Below, piece after piece: positions 12,456 through 23,475 of a DNA stretch of 54,045 nt. Both the position numbers and the translations under genes were made by a program. Source of the stretch: Kondoa subrosea (taxonomy: Eukaryota); assembly GCA_039545335.1 (NCBI GenBank), contig BCIN01000005.1, positions 1,206,641 to 1,260,685 on the forward strand. Reading direction: 5' to 3'. Every line of letters starts with the position of its first letter. The stretch's first letter is position 1. The notes beneath the pieces were generated by a model. That model saw nothing but the letters and a program-made list of their open reading frames with translations, made no database searches and was not told the origin of the DNA.

Positions 12456-14013
12456 TTATTCAATGGACATTTGCAGAACCTATGCTCGTCATTAAGCGAG
12501 GTCAGCGCCACGTATAGTCTGCTCATCGCTTACGGAGAATGTTAACCAGGCTCCACGCTTGAAAGCGCAATGAGGTAGTCTATTGGCAGATAAGCACACA
12601 AAGTACTAGAGCGAAATGACATACTGTAATCGCAAAGATAGACCAAGTTCAAGAGCACCTCCATAGGCTGAACAGATCGTAAGTGCAGGCAAAATGTTTC
12701 ACAGTCCCACGGACCTGGTCCATTCGAGTTGCAAATGACAGCGATTACTTGCTCGATTCGCTTGCTTTTGATTGATGGATGAGAAATAGCCGCTCTGCCT
12801 GATCATGTAAGCATGCGAGGCTTGTGCAGGAAATCACTTACTTCCACAATGCTTCACCTATCTTTTGCTGTCGCAACTCAGGTCTGACATAAACTGAAAC
12901 TTCAACAGTACTGCTTATACTAATCAATGAGAACTATAGAGCTGGGGATGACGAATCTTACCGGTCAAATATATCCCCTTCAACAATATCGAAGGCACCG
13001 AGCGAAAAGAACCCAACTGGCTCTTCCTGCCAGCCCGCAATGAGACAAGGATAATTTCGATCCAGCATACTGCTGAACCACGGAGCTTTGTCCTCGACAG
13101 AGAACGCAGACGAAGGATCGTCCGCATTCGTGTTTCGGCAAGCTTCATTGATGAGAGCAACGACTAAAAGCATGTAATTAGCTTGCTCCAGAAGAGAATA
13201 ACATCTTGACGCTAGCTTACTAAAAGGTAAATCTGCGCTATTAGCATCGCGGATGCGAAAAGAGGGGCCTGTCAGATCCAAAGGCAGCTTGAAGTATTTG
13301 ACAGGTAACGGTGAAGGTTCGTTTGAATCGGGGAATCCCAGACTTTGAACTGGCGGAGAAGGTCTGGTAGCTGATCAATTGCTACCAAATATGATGAATC
13401 GATGACTCACCCGATATATTTCAAAAAGTGTATGAGATCGAGCTTGATGTCAGATCGATGCGCTACATTCGGCAGACTGGGCCATGAGCATCAGTATTTT
13501 TCCATTCAAGCAGAAGACAAGCTTACTTTCCATTGTTCTTGAAACTAATCGCACTTATGAATGCTAACGCTAAACTGTTATTACCCAATATCCATGCTAA
13601 ACATTGTATGAGCGACAACCGGTAGTTAATCATCGAGACTCACAAGTAATGAGGTACAGCGATAGCCTATCGGTGCTTACATGCTCTTGTAACTTCTCGA
13701 ACAATGCCTTTCCTATACCTCTTCGACGATATTCAGGATGAACGATACAGTTGAAGCTCGCCCAAAACCTCGTCCCAGTGCCTTCGAAAGTACTGATCGG
13801 GGCGAAACAGGCGTAAGCTATCACTTCATCGGTCTGTTCAGCGACCAGGAAAGGATAATGATACTGGAAAACAGAACGCAATAGAGAAGCGTTGCTCTCT
13901 AGTCCATTTGCTTGACACCACATTTGAGTGTTGTCGCTGCAGGTTTGATGGTATAAAGTTTGCAAAGCAGAAATATCGCTTTCCATAGCGTAGCGATAAG
14001 TAAGATGAGACAT
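12456..14013 (-). CDS. Tandem (double) GNAT N-acetyltransferase, phosphinothricin/methionine-sulfoximine acetyltransferase-like domains
   Basis: Domain 1: YRYAMESD...YPFLVAE...VHPEYRRRGIGKAL. Domain 2: FRIRDANSAD...YPCLIA...VEVSVYVRPELRQQKIGEAL...AFKRGAWL. The two are joined in frame through a Pro-rich linker exon. Confidence 0.8.
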
Positions 14014-14421
14014 ATCGACAGAATTTCAGTCAGTAATCACGAGAAGAGTACGTTACAGAACAGTATGAGAGCTGGCAACTATCAGCAGCATCGCTCTACT
14101 AGAAGCGGTGCTGGAAATTCGCGTTGTACAGCATCTACCGTACATCTTTTCGCTTGATAACGGTAAAGACGGAAGCTTGAAGTTATGATGTTCACGCGAT
14201 GTCAGTCAAAATGAACTGAGAAGTCCAAGGAGGATCAAGGGAAGAGCGAAGAGTACTGAAGAAACTTAGAAGATAATATACTAGTAGCACATTCAGGGTA
14301 TTATGCTAGTGAATGCTGGCGAGTATAAGACGACTCAATGCGCGGGAGAGTAATATACAAGAAGAACGATGATTGCATGAAAGTAAGATTTCTAGATACA
14401 ACGAGACTGCGCAGTGGGTTA

Positions 14422-15177
14422 TCAACTAGCTCCACCGTAACTCCAGTCCCACTCATCATGTCCTTCATGATGTCTGTGTCGACCATACATTCCGTGTGCT
14501 GGATACCACTGCCAGCCCGACCAGTCCGTATCAGGGATATGAGTTGAATGAGTTTGAGCTGGAGGTGCAATCGGCGACACAGGAGAAGTAGGAAATGTAG
14601 CAGCGCCAGCAGTTCTGGGAGTTAGAGGTGAGATTAATCCTAGAGGAGAGACATGCCGTCGGACTAAATTTTAATCGAAAAAGTGACAAAGCTAACCGTG
14701 ATCTGCATACTGAACGGGTCTGGAAAGTTCGCCGTTGTGCCACAAAGTCTGTGAGAGACAAATGAGCGGGAGGCTGGGTTTACAAGGGAGCAGACTTACG
14801 GCCTGGAACAGCTGAGCACGCTCGTCCATTACATCATTGGTGTCATGGTCGGTCCAACTCTCACGTTTTGCTTTGGGAGAATGAGTGGCGAAATATGTAA
14901 TGACCCGCAAGAACTCATGCAGCTCTTCAGATCTGTCTTGAGAAGCGTCGAGCTCTCTGGCCGTTTTATGGCGGTCCTGTGCGGGCTGGTGACCGAGGAT
15001 GAGTATAGCTTGGCCACCACGAAAATACAATTCCATTGGGAATAACTTCTTTTCGGGTTTACGTAATTTCACCCAATCGTGAACTACTAGCTTTAATAGT
15101 TTGACAGCATCTTCCCGGGTTTGTGGCGTATGATAGCGCTCGCTGGAAGAAGACGCGTTCCTTGAAGTTGAATTCAT
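14422..15177 (-). CDS. Hypothetical protein, lineage-specific family copy B (3 exons)
   Basis: ATG at 15177. Exons ...AQLFQA / TLWHNGELSRPVQYADH / GLISP...DWSGWQWYPAHGMYGRHRHHEG...*. Intron positions equal those of copy A. Confidence 0.7.
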
Positions 15178-15949
15178 GGCAAGAAATTTGTATAAGAGAG
15201 AGAGGAAGAAGAGGATGATGATGATCAAGAGCAAGAGAGTATTCAATGAAAACGAGTTTTTATAGTAAATTCAATCCTCCAAGGCTGTATCAGGACTGCC
15301 GACTTGAAGTTTCATGACTCACAGGGCGCTGTTGTCGGCAAATGAAACGTTATTAGTCATAGGTGAAACCTTCTGAGACCTTCTCAATCGTTTGAGCGTA
15401 TATTGTTTGAGTATTCAATGCGAAGTACTGGCAGTACTATAGTTGCGTGGGTGGAAGAGCAGCAAGGCAAATGCGAACAAATCTTCTCGCAAAAGTCAGC
15501 ACAGCCCAGTCAAGCTATTAGAAAGGCTTACCTTGTATGCGCACTACACCGGATATGCTTCTTGTCGTTGGGCACGTCAATACTTGCGAGGGCAAAACCA
15601 GCATGCCAACAACAGTTTTGACGAATTCGCAGGAGAAGAAGAAAATGCAGGGGGAAATAAATGGAAAAGGAGTACAGGCTATAGCAGCAATGTACAAGCA
15701 CGGAGACAGATACAATCTAGACGGTATAGGTTTTGCAGCAAGATTATCACAGGGCAATGCCTTTGTTCGCCTTGCTCATAGGCCGGGCTGTTCCTCGCTC
15801 TTTAACAGAATGCCATGGGTATCTCGAGACGCTCAGGTAATTGCTGGGCTTCATTTGCAGAAATCAGACGATAGACGTCATTTGCGGAAATCCTTGACTT
15901 GGCAATTTTCGTCAGATCTCTTTGTTTCAACCATTCGACCATTACTACA

Positions 15950-16664
15950 ATGAGCGCTTTATTCACATCTGCTATCGTCTTGGCTTCGATATTGGGAGCC
16001 AATGCCCAGCAACGTTGCGGGTAAGCGAGATTTGTGCACGAGTAAAAGAAACAATGGGCTGACGTTATTTCGCATTTCAAGCTACAATCGATATAACCAA
16101 TATGTTTGCACAAGGAATAATGGTTGGTGGTCAGCTGGTAGATACGCAGGTATCATCATCGGTGTGAGTCTCTTGTGCTTTTCATCGAGATGTAATTTGA
16201 CGTATCTCTCTAGGCTGTCGTTCTCGCTATTGTTCTTCTAGCGCTATGCATCATTCCAGCTATCAGAAAGAGACGCAATGCAAGGAAAGCCAAGAAGTAC
16301 GGCGATGCACAACCGGTGATGGCTCAAACCTATCCTGTTCAACAAAACTACGGGCAACAGTACCCTCAACAGCAGCAATACCCTCAACAGAATTATGCTG
16401 CTCCTCAGCAAACTTATGCACCTCCTCAAGAGCAGTACAATGCAGGGTGAGCATCAGAGTGCAAAGACGGAAGAATCGTCTGACGTTTTCTGCTTTCTTC
16501 ACAGAGGATTCCAAGCACCTTCTTATGCTCCACCTACAAATCAACAATATGCACCACCTACAGGCATGCCTCCTCAGCCAGTTTGTCATCTTCTTCTGTT
16601 CAGAATGCTCCATCTGACGTTCTTCATCTAGGCCGCCGCGTATCACGGAGAGGGGAGAGTCTAA
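15950..16664 (+). CDS. RCR-like (chitin synthesis regulation/Congo red resistance-type) single-pass membrane protein with Gln/Pro/Tyr-rich tail
   Basis: Signal peptide MSALFTSAIVLASILGANA, short Cys-containing ectodomain, WW..GRY, TM helix, RKRRNARK stop-transfer and repeated YAPP motifs. Confidence 0.7.
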
Positions 16665-16917
16665 ATCATCTTACGTCAATAATCTAGGGGACCTAGGGCG
16701 TATTTGCAAGGCCAACAAATTACCTGTTATATCTAGCTTTTCTTATTAATCTTCGTTCAAAAGTATGTTTTGTTGTAAGATAAAAGTGAATTAAATCGCA
16801 TACATGTCGTTGCTCTGTACATCTGTTGACTTCATCGCGTCTTCTTCTTCTGCTAGTCGAGCATCGTTGTAGTTGCCTCAACTTTGTTTTTCGATCATTT
16901 CACATTGTCCATGAACG

Positions 16918-18417
16918 ATGAAGACGGCTGAAGAAAACGATGCGAATCTAGCTAAACTCGTGCAAAAGTATCCACAAGTCTCGTTCGACGCGATATGCTC
17001 TGCTCTGCAAGCTTCCAAAGGCAATTACCGTAATGCATCACTCGCTTTGAAAGCCGATCTTCGCAAGAAAGATATGTCTAGCTGGCTCGTACCTGCTGCT
17101 ACTAAACGTCGCAAATTATCAAGTACTGCATCTTCTAAGAAGAAGCAATGCATTGAAGAGAGTAGAACGGATGGTAGAAGATCTTTGAATGAAGTCCTCA
17201 AACCTACTATTACCACTGTAGATAGTGCTCCAGTCGCTTCTACTAGCAAACTCCCAGTCTTAAATCTAGCTACACCAACTTTAGTAGCTAAACATTCACC
17301 ATGTACTTTAATCTTGGACATTCTTCCACCCGTCTTAGCTGGTCAGTTGTACTTGGAAATGATTGAAGAAAGTCAAGCTTGGGAAAGAAATAAATGGCAT
17401 TTGTTTGATAGAGAGGTTGAATCACCTCATACAACTGCTTTTTAGTGAGTGTTTGCCCTAAGAAGGAGAATTAGTGAAGCTGAATGAGAAAGTGTTCAGT
17501 GTGGACCCTGATGCGGATATCTCGGCTGAAGCTGTCGAGTATTGGTGTGAGTAATTCCGACATATTGCTCTATATGGCTGAAGGGAAGTGATGTCAGATA
17601 ATGGCAAGCGAACGGAAACCAAATCGTACAAGAATGCAATGTTAGCAGCACGAGATATCCTAGAACCAATAGTCAATCAACTCGTTCAATCTCGACCTCG
17701 CTTACCTCATGAATGGAAAGGATCTTGGAAAGCTAATGTAGCAGCTGCAAATTGTTACAAAGGTTCACAAGAAAGCGTTGGTTTTCATAGCGATCGACTC
17801 AATTATCTTGGACCGAATCCTACTATCGCTTCACTTACTCTTGGTACTACTAGACCTTTTCGATTAAGATCTGTTGGACCGGAAGCAAGGACTTTTGATA
17901 TTCCTTTACCTCATAACTCGTTGTTGGTCATGCATGCTGGATGTAAGCTCTGACATAATATATTAACATAATCAATTAATAGTGATCTCGGGCAGGTCAA
18001 GAGAACTTCAAGCATTGTGTTCCACCACAAAGAGTCGTTGATCTCTTTCGATTACCTCGATCTTTGGAACCCGATATCGTACTACCTCGAGAGAAAGATG
18101 GATCAATCAAAGCTTTCAAAGAACGTATCAATGTAAGTTTTACTTCATTCCTGTACATCTCGAGAAACAAGCTAATTTCGAATCTAAAGTTGACTTATCG
18201 TTTTTATCGACCTGATTTCCAATCTTCAAGCAATTCACCTTATCCACCTTTACCTACTTGTAAATGTGGACTAACGTGCAATTTGAGACCGGATATGAAA
18301 CATGATGGTCCTGAAAGTGAAAGGAAATATTTTTGGCAATGTCAATCCAAGGAAAGTTGTGGATTCTTTGCTATGCTCGATATGAAGGGAAGAGGTCAGC
18401 TGGATGATGGTGAATGA
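16918..18417 (+). CDS. AlkB-family 2OG-Fe(II) dioxygenase with N-terminal CUE-like domain and C-terminal GRF-type zinc finger
   Basis: NxY (AANCY), HxD (GFHSD), IASLTLG, PHNSLLVM, KHCVPP and RINLTYR. C-terminal CKCG...YFWQC...CGFF. Confidence 0.88.
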
Positions 18418-18931
18418 GTTGCCATATTGTATGGGTTACTCATCTGCTTTGTGTTAAGTCAATCGATCTCACTTTGTCTGTCGAGATCCTTACTATTTGG
18501 ACGTAAATCCTGTATCTGTGGTCGTACGAACAACTCGGGCTGCTACTCTGATTTGTCAGTTACCGACAATTGAACCATCGAAACCGTTTTTGGCGCTGGG
18601 CTTTCACTTCTTTGAGAGTATGTCTGATATCTCTGCATGTTCTACTTCACTTTGATCTGATCGTTTACTATAGAGGAGAGTGCTGCCGTTGTTGTATCTC
18701 CCCTTCAACATGGTTCAGCCTACTTCTTTCCTCTTCGTTTCTCCAATTTCTACTCAGCCTTCTCCTCCTCGTGAAGCTCCGATCGGATTGTATGTTCCTA
18801 ATCAAGTGACTGTAGCAGTAAAATTACTCGCAGAAGTACCTTCTCCTTCAGCACGATTGTTTCAATTGAGTCGCTCGGCGAGGGTTCTGGAGATTCACCT
18901 GCGTTTTGGGGAAGTGAAGTCCGCTATGTAG
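18414..18931 (+). CDS. Possible spliced hypothetical ORF immediately downstream of the AlkB-like gene
   Basis: Two canonical introns (18503-18559, 18618-18673) join open frames without stops. The only in-frame ATG upstream of the first intron overlaps the AlkB stop. Confidence 0.35.
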
Positions 18932-19161
18932 GATTCTCTATGTAAATAGCTGAAGATATATGCATTCTCATGGGGATTTGAATGACTCTGTTGGTTTCTA
19001 GCATGACTTGCATTGTAGCGCTTAGCTTGAACTCGTACAACCGCGCGTCTGAAGCGAGATACCAGCTAGACCTCTCTTTGTATACCTGTTCGTGATAGAC
19101 TGATACCTTTCACCCGCCAAGGCTTCCCTTGATTTCCTTTTAATCAAACAAGAAACGCATC

Positions 19162-20426
19162 ATGTCCAATTCCGCGATTTGTGTCTTTACTGGTTCTTCA
19201 GAAGGTCATGATCCAGCTTACGCGCAAGCAGCAATCTGTGCGCTCTTTTCCCTTTTATCCCTTAGCTCTCTTTTCCTTTTGTCTGATTTCATGTCTTCCC
19301 GTTCTACAATTTTGTAGCTGTTGGTCAAGCAATAGCTAAAGCTGGATTAACATTATGTTACGGAGGTGGAACTTCTGGCTTAATGGGAACGGTTGCTGCT
19401 TCTCAACTTGCCTCAGGAGGTAAAGTACACGGTATAATACCACAAGGTAACTTTTCTCTCCTCTCTCATTCACGGACGTCGTTGGGATAATTCTGATGAT
19501 ATTTAGGATAGCTCTGACGGATAAAGAAAGGAAGTTTGTTGATCCAACAGCTATTCAAATACCGGACAATCTAAGGAAACCTGTATTGGAAAAAGAAGCA
19601 AAAGAGGATGATAAAAGTATTATGACGGTAGTACATTCTATGCATGAGAGAAAGATGAAGATGGCGTCTCTTTCGCAAGCTTTTATTGGACTTCCAGGTC
19701 AGTCGAACAAGCAGCCGACGATGGTGTTTAAGCTGATCTATCTGTTAAAGGAGGATTTGGGACATGTAAGAGAATCTTTTCTGGTTATCTTTCGGATGCC
19801 TTACTTGTGGTTCATCTGCAGTGGAAGAAGTTGCAGAGATGACAACGTAGGTTTCTTCTTGTTCTATCAGTAACAGCGCAAACTTCTAAATCGTTACAGC
19901 TGGACGCAATTAGGAATCCGTGAGTTCCGCTTATATTTCTGTACTGGTAAATCCCTGAGCACAAACTCGCGGGCCACAGATAAGAAACGTTGGTCTTCTG
20001 TTCAATAGATTCCGATTGAACCCTAAAAATTGAATGGCCGATGTCTGTTAGCTGTTATCTTACTCAACGTCAGAGGATTCTACGACGGTCTTCGAACTTT
20101 CATTAGTACTGCTATCTCAGCTGGATTCATCAAAGAAACAAATCGATCCTTTATGCTCTTTGTTGTAAGTCTTACCTCCCTCATTTGAGCGTTGATGACA
20201 TAGGCTTACCTTGAATTGTAATCGAAGGACGAACCGGAAGATCAAGATTGGGGCAAAGCTGCAATGAAAGCTATTGATGAATGGTTTGCTTCCAAAATGG
20301 GAGGAGGGACAGCGTGAGTAGTCTCTTTAGTTTGCTTTTCAGTTTTCGGAGATATTGGTCACCCAAATAATTAGATATGATTTGAACTGGTCAATATCGG
20401 AAAAGAAAGAAATAGCTGGAGTATAG
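19162..20426 (+). CDS. LOG-family (cytokinin riboside 5'-monophosphate phosphoribohydrolase / 'lysine decarboxylase-like') protein
   Basis: [28 protein letters not shown], AFIGLPGGFGTxEE and [20 protein letters not shown], assembled from many short exons. Confidence 0.92.
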
Positions 20427-20578
20427 TATAAGACGCGAAGCGAAGCGCGTAAAAGTAAATGAAGCTTTGGGGTTGAAGAAAATTACATTGAACTAAACTG
20501 GTCATAGAATACTGTACTGATTCGAGAAAGTGGGGAGTTACTTCAAAATGTCTTTACACGGACCAACATACAACCCTT

Positions 20579-21311
20579 TCAAACGCTTCCGAAAAGGTTT
20601 TGAGTAGCTGATCGACCTGTTAAGGGAGTTCCTTGTTGAACGCTTCCACCTTCTTCAGCTTTAGGTCTTCGAAGAACTTTCATGTTATCTAATTGAATGC
20701 TTTAGTAAGCAGTGTGTAAAGGAAAAGAGAAGAATAACAACGTACTATAGCCGAGGAAAACGCTCGTCTTGTAAGTCCCATCATCTTGTTTGTCACTGGA
20801 ATATCTGTAATCGCATTCCATGTGTACCAATGATCTGCGAACGATGCGTTAGCTTCTTTGAACGCAAACAATACAATCAGAAGGATACGTACCCTTTAGG
20901 AATGGTCAAGAGCGATTCCCTCTCTGTGCCAAAATACTGCAAGACGTTATGGAAAGTTGATTTGGATTCAGCAAAGGCTAGAAACAACATAATGCTCAGC
21001 AACGCGGCAGAGAGAGTACAGGAGAGAGAAGGAGACCTACTACCATCTGGATTCTTCTTTACTGGATCAGAGGTAGCTACAGTATATTTAATGAAAGGTT
21101 TGCCATTCTTGTCTTGAGATTTTTGAGGTGAGTCGACCAGGTTACCGCAAAGAGTGAGTTTAGCAAAGGAGTTTGCAGCAGGAGTTGAAGAGAATTGCTA
21201 TATACACAGTTGCATAACACATTTAGTCAGAAAACTGTCGCTTGACTGCTAAGCGCGACTTACACGTTGTGCAATAGAAGCTGAGCGAGCAACAGTACGA
21301 AGGCGTAACAT
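20579..21311 (-). CDS. RIM1: Mitochondrial single-stranded DNA-binding protein (Rim1/SSB-like OB fold)
   Basis: Arg/Ser-rich presequence MLRLRTVARSASIAQR-QFSSTP, followed by FAKLTLCGNLVDSP...GKPFIKYTVATSD...STFHNV...KG. Confidence 0.8.
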
Positions 21312-21858
21312 GGTAGTCCAAGTTGAGGGAAGAGAGAGAGAGAGAGTGACTGAACAAGAACAAGAGCAAGAGAAGAGCTGCCTTTTTAAGGATCTGGCTG
21401 TCACCCCGAAATCAATCTTGATGTGATGGATAGGCTCAAGCGAAGAGATCTGTGTGTTGCAAAGGCCTATTATCTGAAACGTCGGCTCTTTGTGATCTTT
21501 TGTTCACCTCAAACCCGGCCGCGGGGGAGGTCAAAGCGATAAAACGTTAAAATGCCTAATCTGGACAAGCGTCTCTGTACATGCTTCAAGAGCTGTTAGA
21601 GCGTCATCGGCTCTACTGGAATGGGCTCTACAGGAATGCATATGCTTGGTACTACTGGATTCTAGTCCATGATCATCGATATTATCACTTCTTTGCTCCT
21701 ATCCGCGTCATCAAGATTTAGATGGAACACAGCCCACGTTCAGTGTATCCTGTTCCTTCTCAGATCTCATCTTCTCTTCTTTCTTGTGTCCTTTCATCTT
21801 CTTCTCTTTCTCTTGATTTCATCTCTCTTTCTCTCTCTCGCACAACCACTTTCGGGCG

Positions 21859-23381
21859 ATGAAAGTAGCTATAATAGGAGCAGGCGTTTCCGGTCTTTCC
21901 TGTGCTCGAACACTCAAGTCGCTTGGTATAGAGACGGTGATCTACGAAGCGAGAGATAGGATTGGAGGTCGTTTGCATGGTATATTGAGCAAAGACGGGA
22001 AGTTGCTGGATTTAGGTGCTCATAGACTTCATGGAGGTCAAAATGATGAAGATGGTAATCCTAGTGCGATCTGTGGGCGAAGGTTGATACCTTGGTTGTA
22101 AAGCCAGAGCTGAAAATGAATGATTGCACAGCCAAATTATTGGACCAAGCTGGAGCATCCTTCTTCCACAGTAATACCAAACCGGTATATTATGATCGGC
22201 TTGGTAAACAAATGTCAGTTGAGAAGCAACAAGCTCTGATAGAGAAGATGGATCAATTATACGAATCCGCTTTCGATCAATCAAGGAATCGCAAAGACTC
22301 TCTTCACCCAAATCTCAGCTTTCATGATTTCCTTCAATCCAATTACAAACTGTCTACTAAAGAAGAAGGTGAAGAATTACTCGATTTAGTTGCATATGAG
22401 GATCTTTGGCGTTTATGGGCTGCTTGTTCGACAGATCAGCAGTCATTGAAATACTTAGATATGGAAGACACGGAACCAGGTGAAGATCTATTGATTCAAA
22501 GTGGCTATTCTGCTATCTTGCCTTATATGGCTGCTGATCTCGATATCCGATTCAACAAGTTTGTAAGCAAGATTGAGAGTGGTGAGAAAAGCTTGACTTT
22601 GTACTCGGATCAAGAGCAAGAGGAGTTTGATGCAGTGGTTGTTACGATTCCACTTGGTTGCTTGAAGAGGAAAACTATTGAGTTTCAACCGCCTTTATCA
22701 TCAAAGGTAGACCAAGCTATCGAAGCGATAGGATATGGTCGATTCGCTTTGGTATGTTGTCTTTTTCTATTCCTGAATCTTCGCTAATCGCGCAAATAGC
22801 TTTATGCTTTCTTCGAAGACCCATTCTGGATGGCCTCACGTACTTACGAACACACCTTCTTNCCCTTCACCGCCAATGGCCAAGACTACCATGGGGTGAT
22901 TATCAAATCCTGCGCTCACAGAGATCCGCCATACGCACAGCCTGCTCTTCTCTTTGCTTTGAATGGCGATCATGCCGATAAGCTCTCTCACCTTTCCCAT
23001 AAAGAATTGAAGGAAGCGATCATGCCTTACATCGAACGATTACCTGATTATGTCAATGCTCAAGCTTGCATTCCGCAAGAGATCATCTTATCTAACTGGC
23101 ATAGAGAGTAAGTTACCAGTCTTCAGCCTTTTCGATCTAGAATGCGGCTAAAACACTTCTCCAGTCCGCTTGCTGGTTTTGGAACATGGTCCAATGCACC
23201 AGCTGGAACAGATAATCTAGATCAGCACATCAAAGCGCTCCGAGATGGTCTTCCAGAACAAAGACTCTTCTTCGCAGGGGAAGCAGTCGGTCCGCCAGAC
23301 AGCAATTCATCAGCGACAGTCAACGGAGCTTTACTAAGCGGCGAATGCCAAGCAAGGAGGATAGCAAAGTTATTGCTTTGA
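21859..23381 (+). CDS. Flavin-containing amine oxidase (polyamine oxidase/LSD1-like fold)
   Basis: [12 protein letters not shown]...[41 protein letters not shown] and TVNGALLSG. One ambiguous base (N) at 22862. Confidence 0.9.
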
Positions 23382-23475
23382 AATATAGTACACAATTACT
23401 TTCCTTGTCTTCCGATGATATAACAAAACAGTAACGAATTCGATCCCAATTGTGTAATGCTATCCTTTGTGCCCC

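Noticed and set aside
15178..15246. Hydrophobic signal-peptide-like extension of ORF 14692..15246
   Set aside because: Starts at a non-ATG codon and is just the CT-rich 5' UTR downstream of the TATA box; the paralog starts at the equivalent ATG.
21609..21638. 15-bp near-perfect tandem repeat GGCTCTAC(T/A)GGAATG
   Set aside because: Only two units with no spacer; not CRISPR-like (eukaryotic context) and of no evident function.
22070..22132. Apparent frameshift in the amine oxidase
   Set aside because: Explained by a normal GT..CTGA..CAG intron that restores the frame.
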